A DNA stretch of 51,803 nucleotides, from assembly GCA_045601305.1 (NCBI GenBank), contig JAZRZG010000030.1, forward strand, positions 1 to 51,803. Direction: 5' to 3'. Position numbers and translations under genes: made by a program. The notes under the pieces were generated by a model. It was given only the letters and a program-made list of their open reading frames with translations. It did no database searches and was not told the origin of the DNA. Positions within the stretch are counted from its first letter, which is position 1. Each line of letters starts with the position of its first letter. This document shows, piece after piece, positions 43,856 to 51,803 of the stretch. Source of the DNA: Synergistaceae bacterium (lineage in GTDB: Bacteria > Synergistota > Synergistia > Synergistales > Synergistaceae).

Positions 43856-44482
43856 CTATTCAGCCTTTTTTCTCTTGCAGTAAATGACGTAAATTACAAC
43901 GAGCAGAACGCAGCCGGCGATAAGCCCTGCTGTTATTTTTTTCAGCTCTGTATGGATGAGCGCCTCATTGTTGCCGAGGAAATAGCCGAGCAGCGCAAGG
44001 ATTACGACCCATATTCCGCTGCCGAGCGCAGTGTAGGCGCAGAACTGTTTCATATTCATTCGCGCAAGTCCCGCGGGAAGCGAAATGTACTGGCGAATGA
44101 CAGGCAGAAGCCGTCCCGTGAAGGTGCTGATGTGTCCGTGTTTTGCAAAAAAAGCTTCAGCTTTGTCAAGCGATTCTTTGCTGATGAAAAGATATTTGCC
44201 GTACTTTTCAAGGAAAGGCCGTCCCCAGCGTACCGCAAGCCAGTAGTTGAAAAGCGCGCCGAGTATGCTGCCGAGTATTCCGAAAAATATTGCCGCAAGC
44301 AGATTCATTTCGCCTTTGCTTGCGAGGTATCCCGCGGGCGGCATAACAACTTCGCTCGGGAAGGGAAAACAGGAGGATTCAAGGAACATGAGCCCTGTTA
44401 TTCCGATGTAGCCGAGTTTGCCTATTGTTGCCACAAGCCAGGCAATGAATGAGTGAAAAAGCGACGCTGCGTAGGTAAGCAT
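43856..44482 (-). CDS. dedA: DedA-family membrane protein
   Basis: 208 aa from ATG 44482 (MLTYAASLF) with GGAGGG upstream. Motifs: [21 protein letters not shown] and [19 protein letters not shown]. Confidence 0.85.
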   Translation of the reverse strand: MLTYAASLFHSFIAWLVATIGKLGYIGITGLMFLESSCFPFPSEVVMPPAGYLASKGEMNLLAAIFFGILGSILGALFNYWLAVRWGRPFLEKYGKYLFISKESLDKAEAFFAKHGHISTFTGRLLPVIRQYISLPAGLARMNMKQFCAYTALGSGIWVVILALLGYFLGNNEALIHTELKKITAGLIAGCVLLVVIYVIYCKRKKAE

Positions 44483-44623
44483 AATATCCCTCCGTGGTTG
44501 TGTTATCAATAGTATATCGTAAATATCGCAATTTCTGCTACAATAATTAACGAAAAACAGAAAACAACCTGCGGCTGACAGTTGTGTTGCAGGAAGTTGT
44601 CCTGATTTAAGGGAGATTTGACT

Positions 44624-45910
44624 GTGAGAATTTTTATTTTGAGTTTGGGCTGTGCAAAAAACAGGGTTGACAGTGAGTGTCTTGCGGGCGAACTTCGCCG
44701 CGCCGGTCACGTGCTTGTCGGTGAAGCGGAAGATGCTGAGGCTGCCATTGTCAACACGTGCGGTTTCATTCAGCCTGCAGTTGAGGAAAATATTTCTGTC
44801 ATACTTGACCTTGAGGAGCTGAAAGCGCAGGGAAAACTCAAAAAAATCGGCGTTGTCGGCTGTCTTTTCAACCGCTACGGCACCGAGCTTGCGAAAGGGT
44901 TTGACACAGTTGATTTCTGGGCGGAAAGCGAAGCGTGGGACAGGGTGCTTGAGGCTTTGGGCAGCAAAACGCAGCGCGGACGTGTCCGCGCAAATCTGCC
45001 TGATTCACCGTTTTTCACGCGTTACCTTAAAATCAGCGAAGGGTGCGATAACCGCTGCACGTACTGCGCCATACCGTCAATTCGCGGGAGTTTGCGCAGT
45101 CTGCCTGTGAAAACCGTTGTCAGCGAGGCGCGGCGGCTTGCGGAAGAAGGAGCGAAAGAGCTGTGCGTTGTCGGACAGGATTTAACGGCGTATGGTATGG
45201 ATTTTGCAGGAAAATCGCAGCTTGCGCAGCTGCTTGACGCGCTTGAAAGAGAACTGCCGGACAATGTTAAACTGCGTCTTTTGTATCTGCACCCTGACAG
45301 GGTAACGCCGCGGCTGCTTGAACGTATTGTTTCCGGAGGCAAAATTCTGAATTATCTTGATATTCCGATTCAGCACGCTGACGAAGGAGTGCTTGCCGCC
45401 ATGAACCGCGGCATAAGCAAAAATCGGCTGCTTGATATTTTCCGCTGTGCCCGTTCGCTTGACGCTGATTTTGCGCTGCGCACGACCTGTATGGTCGGTT
45501 TCCCCGGCGAAACGCGCCGCGCGTTCCGCAATCTGCTTGATTTTATGTCAGAGGTGCGGTTTGACCGCGCCGGAGCGTTTGCCTTTTTTGCGGAGGAGGG
45601 CACAAAAGCGGCGGCTATGCCTCATCAGACAAGAAAATCCACTAAGGAAAGCAGACTTGCGGAGCTTATGGAACTTCAGGAGCAGATTTCGTTTGAACGC
45701 CAGCAGCGGTTTGAGGGGAAAACGCTTCGGGTGCTTGTTGAGAAAACTGACGGTGATTATGCCGAAGGGCGCAGCTACCGCGAAGCGCCGGAGGTTGACG
45801 GAATAATTGAGATAATCAATGCCCGCGGCGCTTTGCGTGCCGGCGACGTTATAAACGTAAAGATAAAAGAAGCGCTGCCGCACGATTTGACGGGGGAAGA
45901 GGTGCGTTAA
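44624..45910 (+). CDS. rimO: ribosomal protein S12 methylthiotransferase RimO
   Basis: [13 protein letters not shown]-terminal MTTase domain, radical-SAM [12 protein letters not shown]-terminal TRAM. GTG 44624 follows GGGAG (TTG 44618 is an alternative). Confidence 0.8.
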   Translation: MRIFILSLGCAKNRVDSECLAGELRRAGHVLVGEAEDAEAAIVNTCGFIQPAVEENISVILDLEELKAQGKLKKIGVVGCLFNRYGTELAKGFDTVDFWAESEAWDRVLEALGSKTQRGRVRANLPDSPFFTRYLKISEGCDNRCTYCAIPSIRGSLRSLPVKTVVSEARRLAEEGAKELCVVGQDLTAYGMDFAGKSQLAQLLDALERELPDNVKLRLLYLHPDRVTPRLLERIVSGGKILNYLDIPIQHADEGVLAAMNRGISKNRLLDIFRCARSLDADFALRTTCMVGFPGETRRAFRNLLDFMSEVRFDRAGAFAFFAEEGTKAAAMPHQTRKSTKESRLAELMELQEQISFERQQRFEGKTLRVLVEKTDGDYAEGRSYREAPEVDGIIEIINARGALRAGDVINVKIKEALPHDLTGEEVR

Positions 45911-46396
45911 ATGGAATTCACAAAGGCTGTTAAAAGCTGGTACGGCATGGTTGCCACACTTTGCGGGCTGAGCTGTTTTTCGCGTATGCCCGGTACAATA
46001 GGTTCTATGGCAGCGTGTGTCGCGTGGCTTGCGTTTAAGGGAATACCGGTGTGGGTAACAGCACTGACTGCCGTTGTCGGCTGCATTGCGGCAGACAAAT
46101 ATGAAAAAGCCTGCGGCCGCGAAGACCCTGGCGAATGCGTCATAGACGAGGTTGTCGGTTACTGGATTTCTGCCTATGGTTTCGGTATGAATTTTGCCGT
46201 TGTCGCGCTTTTTGCGTTCAGAATTATAGACATTGTTAAACCTTTCCCTGTCAGCCGCGCCGATAAGGTACGCGGCGGTCTTGGAATAATGCTTGACGAT
46301 ATTGTCGGAGGCATTATCGTAAATCTTCTGCTTCGCGCCGCTTATTGGCTGTTCTGCGGCGGCGGAATACAGACAGTCAGAGGGGTCATAAGGTGA
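45911..46396 (+). CDS. pgpA: phosphatidylglycerophosphatase A
   Basis: MPGTIGS, DPGECVIDEVVG, FRIIDIVKPFP, GIMLDDIVGG motifs. Confidence 0.85.
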   Translation: MEFTKAVKSWYGMVATLCGLSCFSRMPGTIGSMAACVAWLAFKGIPVWVTALTAVVGCIAADKYEKACGREDPGECVIDEVVGYWISAYGFGMNFAVVALFAFRIIDIVKPFPVSRADKVRGGLGIMLDDIVGGIIVNLLLRAAYWLFCGGGIQTVRGVIR

Positions 46397-46875
46397 CAGA
46401 CAAAATTTTTGAACTTGCGGACAAGGTTGTTAAACGCGCGGCTGAACTTGGTGTCTCGATTTCTGCCGCAGAGTCATGCACAGGCGGACTGATCGGAGCG
46501 TCAATAACTGAAATTTCAGGCGCGTCAGAAGTGTTTTTCGGTTCTGCCGTCACCTACCACAACAGCGCTAAGGAAAACATACTTGGCGTACTGCCTTTTG
46601 TGCTTGAAAAATACGGAGCTGTTTCGCCGCAGTGCGCGACAGAAATGGCGCGCGGCGCAAGACTGCTGTACAAAACTGATTTTGCCGTTGCGGTAACAGG
46701 CATTGCAGGGCCTTGCGGCGGAAGCAGAGAAAAGCCTGTCGGGACTGTGTGGTTCGGCTGTTCATCGGCTGGAGGCGCGTATTCTTATGTATGTCATTTT
46801 GACGGCGACAGAAAGGCTGTGCGCGAAGCGACCGTTAAAGAAGCGCTGGCGCTTTTTTTGAGGCTGATGAAATAA
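46393..46875 (+). CDS. pncC: CinA C-terminal domain protein / nicotinamide-nucleotide amidohydrolase PncC
   Basis: AESCTGGLIGASITEISGAS..F.GSAVTYHNSAKENILGV...AVAVTGIAGP. GTG 46393 overlaps the pgpA stop. Confidence 0.8.
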   Translation: MTDKIFELADKVVKRAAELGVSISAAESCTGGLIGASITEISGASEVFFGSAVTYHNSAKENILGVLPFVLEKYGAVSPQCATEMARGARLLYKTDFAVAVTGIAGPCGGSREKPVGTVWFGCSSAGGAYSYVCHFDGDRKAVREATVKEALALFLRLMK

Positions 46876-47462
46876 TGGGCTGCTGCGTTCCTATGTTTGC
46901 GGGAGAACTTGTCCGGAGCTTTGTCTGCATAGAAATACCTGACACGCACAGGGCAAAACTTGCCGAATGGATGAAAGTTCAGCGCAAACTCACTGACGAA
47001 ATCCGCTGGCTGCGCGCCGAAACACTGCACATAACGCTGAAATTCTGCGGCGAACGTCCGCGGGAAATTGTCGATACGCTTGTAAAAAGACTTTCCGAAA
47101 TGAAGCCGTGCGGCGCTTTGCAGCTGTCTCTTTCAGGCACAGGCGGTTTCCCGAAACTTGAAAACGCGCGAATAGTCTGGACAGGCATAGGCGGTGACAC
47201 CGATAAATTGACCGAGCTGGCGAAAAACGTGTCGCGGATTGCCGAAAGCTGCGGAATGGAGCGCGAAAGGAAAGCGTTTACGCCTCACGTTACACTCGGC
47301 AGAAGAAACGGGTTCGGTTATATGTCGGACAGCGCGGTAAACGCGCTCAGACAAAGCAAACTGAAACTTGAGCCGTGGAGTGCGGATGAAATAGTGCTTA
47401 TGCGAAGCAGACTGCTTCCGACAGGAGCGGAATATACTCCGATAAAACGGTTCAAACTCTGA
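46875..47462 (+). CDS. thpR: RNA 2',3'-cyclic phosphodiesterase ThpR (LigT, 2H family)
   Basis: Two HxT motifs: HITLKF and HVTLGR. Start is ATG 46875 or 46893. Confidence 0.8.
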   Translation: MGCCVPMFAGELVRSFVCIEIPDTHRAKLAEWMKVQRKLTDEIRWLRAETLHITLKFCGERPREIVDTLVKRLSEMKPCGALQLSLSGTGGFPKLENARIVWTGIGGDTDKLTELAKNVSRIAESCGMERERKAFTPHVTLGRRNGFGYMSDSAVNALRQSKLKLEPWSADEIVLMRSRLLPTGAEYTPIKRFKL

Positions 47463-47564
47463 AAATAAGGTATAATATAAGAACAGTTTCATACGTTTGC
47501 TGCTTACGGCGGTCGGTCGGGCAGTTGAATACTATACTAAATTATATTCCGGAGGTGTCCGAAT

Positions 47565-48692
47565 ATGGCAAAGAAAGCTTTAACAAAAGAAGACATTCTT
47601 GAGCAGGCGCTGTCAGACATCAGAGACAAATTCGGCGATGGCGCGATTATGCGGCTCGGCGATGAAGTGCAGCGCACGGTTGAAGTAATATCGACAGGCA
47701 TACTGCCTCTTGACGTTGCATTGGGAGTAGGCGGAGTTCCACGCGGCAGAATTATTGAAGTTTTCGGTCCTGAAGGCGGCGGTAAAACAACAATAGCCCT
47801 TCACATACTTGCCGAAGCCCAAAAGGCGGGAGGCACAGCGGCATTCATAGACGCGGAACACGCGCTTGACCCGCACCTTGCAAAACAGCTCGGCGTTGAC
47901 ACGGAGAACCTTTATATGTCTCAGCCGGACAGCGGAGAACAGGCATTTTACATTATAGACACGCTCGTGCGAAGCGGAGCATTTTCACTCGTAGTTGTTG
48001 ACTCTGTCGCCGCGCTTACCCCTCAGGCTGAAATAGACGGAAAAATGGGCGAAGGCTCGAATCAGGTCGGACTTCAGGCAAGGCTTATGTCCTACGCGCT
48101 CAGAAGACTTACGGCAGCGATAGCAAAAAGCAATACGACAGTCATCTTTATCAACCAGCTGCGCGCTACGATCAACAGCGGTTACAGTCAGGGACCGACA
48201 GAAACCACAACAGGCGGCCGCGCGCTCAAATTCTACAGTTCAGTGCGAATTGAAGTTAAACGCGGCAAACAGATTACGTCAAAAGACGTTGCCATCGGGC
48301 ATGAACTTTGGATTAAGGTTGTCAAAAACAAACTTGCGCCGCCGTTCCGTTCAGCACATACGTCGCTTATTTACGGCAAAGGCGTGCCTCAGGCAATTTC
48401 CGTAATAGACATGGCAGTAGATGCCGAAGTCCTCAAACGCAAAGGTTCATGGCTTGCCTACAAAGGCGAAACCTTCGCGCAGGGCAAGGAAGCCGCAGCC
48501 GACTATCTTGCGGAACATCCGGACTTTATGGAAGAAATCAAAAAAGAAGTTCTCCGCAAGGTCGCCGAAGGGCTTGGACTTATGGACATTTCAGAAAACA
48601 ACGAGCCTGAAGCAGAACTGCCGCCCGCAGAAGACGCGGTAGAGTCGCTTCTCAAAGAAGGCGCGCTGAAAATAGACCTCGACGCTGAATAA
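47565..48692 (+). CDS. recA: recombinase RecA
   Basis: GPEGGGKTT Walker A, IDAEHALD, VVVDSVAAL, FINQLR. Acidic C-terminal tail. GGAGG SD. Confidence 0.95.
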   Translation: MAKKALTKEDILEQALSDIRDKFGDGAIMRLGDEVQRTVEVISTGILPLDVALGVGGVPRGRIIEVFGPEGGGKTTIALHILAEAQKAGGTAAFIDAEHALDPHLAKQLGVDTENLYMSQPDSGEQAFYIIDTLVRSGAFSLVVVDSVAALTPQAEIDGKMGEGSNQVGLQARLMSYALRRLTAAIAKSNTTVIFINQLRATINSGYSQGPTETTTGGRALKFYSSVRIEVKRGKQITSKDVAIGHELWIKVVKNKLAPPFRSAHTSLIYGKGVPQAISVIDMAVDAEVLKRKGSWLAYKGETFAQGKEAAADYLAEHPDFMEEIKKEVLRKVAEGLGLMDISENNEPEAELPPAEDAVESLLKEGALKIDLDAE

Positions 48693-48713
48693 AAATAACA
48701 AACCGGATAAAAA

Positions 48714-48742
48714 CAGGGGCTGTTTATCAGTCCCTGTTTTTG
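48714..48742 (+). terminator. Rho-independent terminator after recA
   Basis: caggggctg-tttat-cagtccctg (one mismatch) followed by tttttgg. Confidence 0.6.
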
Positions 48743-48803
48743 GTATTTTGATATTTTGATATTCAGCCTGTGCAAACTTCTCTGCTGCAATAATGCGTGT
48801 ACT

Positions 48804-49277
48804 CTAACGGCAGTATTTGTTTTCCAGTTCGAGCAGCTTTTGTTTCATTTCCGTTCCGTAAGCGTAGCCGGTTAATTTACCGTCTGCGCCGATTACCCTG
48901 TGGCAGGGAACAATTATACATATCGGATTTCTGTTGCAGGCGCTTCCCGCGGCGCGGCATGCCCTCGGACTGCCGGCGAGAGCCGCAAGCTGATTGTACG
49001 CAACAGTTGTCCCGTACGGAATTTTTTGCAAAGCACTCCATATTTTCAGCTGAAATTTCGTGCCGCGCAGTTTCAGCGGCAGAGTGAAATTTAATCTTTT
49101 GCCGCCGAAATATTCCTCAAGCTGCCTTTTCGCCGCAAGTAGCAACGCTGTTTCGCGCTGTTTGCCGAAGAGAGCGGCGTGTTTTGACACAGCAGTAATG
49201 GCGCCGTCCTCTTCAGTAATTATCAGTTTTCCCGCAAGCTGAAAGTTATATTCAAGATAACTAATCATTGTACACAA
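48804..49277 (-). CDS. ogt: methylated-DNA--protein-cysteine methyltransferase
   Basis: IIVPCHRVIG active-site motif and the YGTTVAYNQLA helix. Confidence 0.9.
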   Translation of the reverse strand: MCTMISYLEYNFQLAGKLIITEEDGAITAVSKHAALFGKQRETALLLAAKRQLEEYFGGKRLNFTLPLKLRGTKFQLKIWSALQKIPYGTTVAYNQLAALAGSPRACRAAGSACNRNPICIIVPCHRVIGADGKLTGYAYGTEMKQKLLELENKYCR

Positions 49278-49964
49278 TCAATCTCTCCCAAGAGCAGTTC
49301 CCTTGCGGCCGGAAGCTTTTTTGAGTTTGCCTGTCCGTTTGGCTTCAAGCTCATTGTCAACCGCCGCTTCCCAAAGATACAGCGAAGCGGTTGTGCCGTA
49401 CGGCGACCAGCGCTTTGCAAGCCTGTCAAATTTTTCTTTTGTAAGTTCTTTCAGACCGTAAAGATTCATAACGCCTCGGCGGATTGCAAGGTCGCCGTAG
49501 CTTGTAACGTCCTGACGGCAGAAGCAGAACATCAGAAGCATCTCGACCGTCCAGCGTCCGACGCCGCGAATTTTTAGCAGCCGTTCCGCGATTTCTTCAT
49601 CGCTGAGCCTGTCAAGTTCATCAAATTCAAGCTGACCGCCGCAGGCAAGTTTTGTTATTCCGATTATATATTCAGCCTTGCGCGCTGAAAGCCCGCAGCT
49701 TTTCAGCTGTTCAGCCGTGACGTTTTTGAAATTCTCCGGCGTTATCCTGCCAAGCGTGCTGACAACGCGTTTTTCAATAGCTTCAGCGGCAGGCGTTGCT
49801 ATCTGCTGTACTATTACGGAGGAAACAAGCGCGTGAAACAGCGTTTCATAAGCGTACACGGTTATTTTGCCGTGCCGCGCGATAAATTCTCCGAGCCTCT
49901 TGTCGCGTCTGCTCAAGTATTTAATTTTTTCGTCATCTGCCGCGCCGTTTTCAAGCGGTTTCAT
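49278..49964 (-). CDS. HhH-GPD DNA glycosylase (AlkA / 3-methyladenine glycosylase II-like)
   Basis: LLKIRGVGRWTVEMLLMF hairpin-helix-hairpin followed by a catalytic Asp region. Start moved to ATG 49964 (MKPLENG) with GGAGGGAGGG upstream. It abuts ogt with no gap. Confidence 0.8.
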   Translation of the reverse strand: MKPLENGAADDEKIKYLSRRDKRLGEFIARHGKITVYAYETLFHALVSSVIVQQIATPAAEAIEKRVVSTLGRITPENFKNVTAEQLKSCGLSARKAEYIIGITKLACGGQLEFDELDRLSDEEIAERLLKIRGVGRWTVEMLLMFCFCRQDVTSYGDLAIRRGVMNLYGLKELTKEKFDRLAKRWSPYGTTASLYLWEAAVDNELEAKRTGKLKKASGRKGTALGRD

Positions 49965-50503
49965 TCCGCACCCTCCCTCCGTTTCGGACATTATAGCAAA
50001 TATTCTTTGCAACGGTTGAATATTGTGCTTTGACACACGGTCTGAGTTTACACGAGCTGTATTTTTTGAAAAAATTGGGTTCTATACAGAAAAATGTGAG
50101 ATAAAAGTTTCACGTGGTTCATCCCATTTTGTTGTGAGATTTTGAATTAAGTAAGGTATAAACATTGAAAACCGTGCTTTAAAGGTGTAAAAGCCTGCTA
50201 TGCGAGTTTTGTTAGATTGCACAGAAATTGTGAGATGAAAAATACTATCCGGACACTCAATATCAGCCGTCCTAAAAAACATTCCACGTCAAAGTGTGAA
50301 GAAGCATGATTTTTCTCCTCAAAATAGCTACCTAATTTTGAAAAAGTTCAAATTTATTTTCAGAGTGACACACGTCTGTCTATGTATCTTCGTATAATCG
50401 AGTTGTGAGGTTGAGGTCTCAGGCGAAGGAGTGTTGTTCGCAACGGACTGACAACCGGAGAAAATAATACGGCGAAAGCCGTTATATAAAGGAGGAAACA
50501 TGT

Positions 50504-51232
50504 ATGGATACTAATGAAGTCGTAAAGAGTTTGATTTCGCTGCTTGAGGACAAGGGAGATGAACTGCTGCTGGCTGCAGTGGAGGAGTCGCCGGCTGAGC
50601 TTGTAAAAATTCTGCTTGACGCAGGCGCTGACCCCAACGCGGTTGACGATGACGGCAATCCCGCGCTCTGCAAAGCTGCGGAAGCAGAGGACGCGGAGTC
50701 TGTAAAAATGCTGCTTGACGCGGGTGCTGATGTGAATGCTGAAGACGGAGACGACAGAAGCGCGCTGCGTATAGCCTTTGACAATGAGGACACGGAAATT
50801 ATGGGGCTTTTGCTTGCGGCAGGGGCAGACAGTGATATTGTGAACGGCGATGATGATACGCTTCTGGCTGCCGCTGTGGAGAATGGGAATGCCGCTGTTG
50901 TGAAGGTTCTGCTTGACGGTGGCGCGGACGCTGACGCGTGCGATGACGACGGAAATTCCGCGTTGTCTTTGGCAGTTGCCGAAGGAAATACAGAGATCGT
51001 AAAGCTCTTGCTTGACGGAGGCGCAGACGCTGACGCTTCAGATGAAGACAGTAATCCTGCGATTTGTACTGCAGCGTATAAGGGCAACGCTGAAATGGTG
51101 AAACTGCTGCTTGACGCGGGCGCTGATTATGACGCTGAAGACAATGACGGCGATACCGCGCTTTCAATCGCGGTCGCGGCTAAAAATTCAAATGTTGCCA
51201 AGCTGCTTATTGAAGCCGACGCTCTTGAATAG
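50504..51232 (+). CDS. ankyrin-repeat protein (about 7 repeats), highly acidic, no signal peptide
   Basis: Roughly 33-aa periodicity of (V/M)K(L/I)LLDAGAD.(N/D)A.D.DGN(T/S/P)AL. GGAGG lies 8 nt before ATG 50504. Confidence 0.85.
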   Translation: MDTNEVVKSLISLLEDKGDELLLAAVEESPAELVKILLDAGADPNAVDDDGNPALCKAAEAEDAESVKMLLDAGADVNAEDGDDRSALRIAFDNEDTEIMGLLLAAGADSDIVNGDDDTLLAAAVENGNAAVVKVLLDGGADADACDDDGNSALSLAVAEGNTEIVKLLLDGGADADASDEDSNPAICTAAYKGNAEMVKLLLDAGADYDAEDNDGDTALSIAVAAKNSNVAKLLIEADALE

Positions 51233-51510
51233 CGCTGAATAACAATGGAAGTGAATTTATATGCTGCCGCGATAGTAATATAGGCAGTGTGACTGCCCGT
51301 AAACGCGAGGTTAAGGAAAATTGTGTTCTATATAATGTGGTAGGGAAGTGTTCGTTAAACAGCCGGTTGGGGTATGCCCCGCCGGCGTTTTGTTCTTACT
51401 GTCAGATGATAACAAATTAAGATTGAACATATAAACATAAGTTAATATCTTAATAAATAATAAACAATAATTCAGTAAAAATTTTCTCAACAAATTTTTT
51501 CAAAAAGTGG

Positions 51511-51539
51511 TTGACAAACCATTCAAAGGAGAGTAATAT
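51511..51539 (+). promoter_or_regulatory. rRNA operon promoter with AT-rich UP-like element
   Basis: TTGACA (51511-51516), a 17-nt spacer, then TAATAT (51534-51539). An A/T-rich stretch precedes it (51420-51505). It lies about 145 nt upstream of the 16S gene. Confidence 0.65.
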
Positions 51540-51680
51540 ATCTCCCGTTGCGCGTCCGGCGCCCCAAAGAGGAGGGCTGAACGAGCAGCAGGCACCATGA
51601 AAGAAGAATAAGGGCAAAAAGAGAAGAAAACCAGCTTAAGAAGCGGTAGCCAGTAAAAGACTATGAGTTACGATCCGGAA

Positions 51681-51803
<123 letters not shown>

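Noticed and set aside
47463-47564. SOS (LexA/Cheo) box upstream of recA at agaacagtttcat
   Set aside because: It does not fit GAAC-N4-GTTC or CTGT-N8-ACAG. It has only a single GAAC half-site.
50082-50282. 66-aa ORF on the minus strand in the alkA-ankyrin intergenic region
   Set aside because: It has no SD upstream of the ATG, no motif, and overlaps the TGTGAGAT repeat array. It is treated as non-coding.
50482-51167. Minus-strand ORFs 50482-51087 (201 aa, S/A-rich) and 50799-51167 (R/Q-rich), antisense to the ankyrin gene
   Set aside because: These are shadow ORFs created by the GC-rich, periodic ankyrin coding sequence. They are low-complexity, have no SD, and the plus-strand frame carries a clear ANK repeat signature.

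Overview
This 51.8 kb window is a bacterial chromosomal segment that ends at the 5' end of a 16S rRNA gene. The gene content looks like a diderm, Firmicutes-like or Synergistota-like lineage (Skp/OmpH together with CtsR-ClpC, CsaB and RNase J), but I cannot place it more precisely without a search.

Most of the window is ordinary core genome of roughly 47-50% G+C, judged by spot counts on single lines. It carries:
- ttcA-like, a ygiQ-type radical SAM gene, skp, plsY and ctsR-clpC;
- rnj, a Na/Pi cotransporter, uppP and maf;
- a DUF5693-like gene with csaB, then ftsEX, an M23 peptidase and ctp;
- feoAB, ychF, typA, and pdxA2 with a DUF1537 kinase;
- dedA, rimO, pgpA, cinA-thpR-recA and ogt-alkA;
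- two tRNA loci: Glu/Gln on the minus strand and a Val-Asp-Phe-Gly-Gly array on the plus strand.

The stand-out region is a strongly AT-rich insert at about 22.7-30.25 kb, immediately after the 5-tRNA array. Spot counts there are 23-33% G+C. It holds a compact three-gene operon:
1. a small GIY-YIG-like protein;
2. an 814-aa protein with a CASTOR/POLLUX-like 2TM pore, two Rossmann/RCK-like domains and a C-terminal RyR (ryanodine-receptor) domain, which also carries a recent internal 234-nt tandem duplication;
3. a 1173-aa TIR / NB-ARC(STAND) / TPR protein.

I flag this operon as a candidate undescribed immune or conflict system.

A second small accessory patch lies at 36.0-38.0 kb, between ychF and typA. 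It holds an orphan hicB cassette flanked by 13-nt direct repeats, paired 36-nt palindrome-bearing repeats, and a DUF4143 AAA ATPase.

Other oddities are a GC-rich non-coding block sharing an exact 14-mer with window position 1, a G10 tract, a repeated TGTGAGAT motif, a hyper-acidic ankyrin-repeat protein, and a ClpC that lacks the M-domain.

All functional calls rest on motifs recognised by eye and recalled family signatures. No database search was possible.
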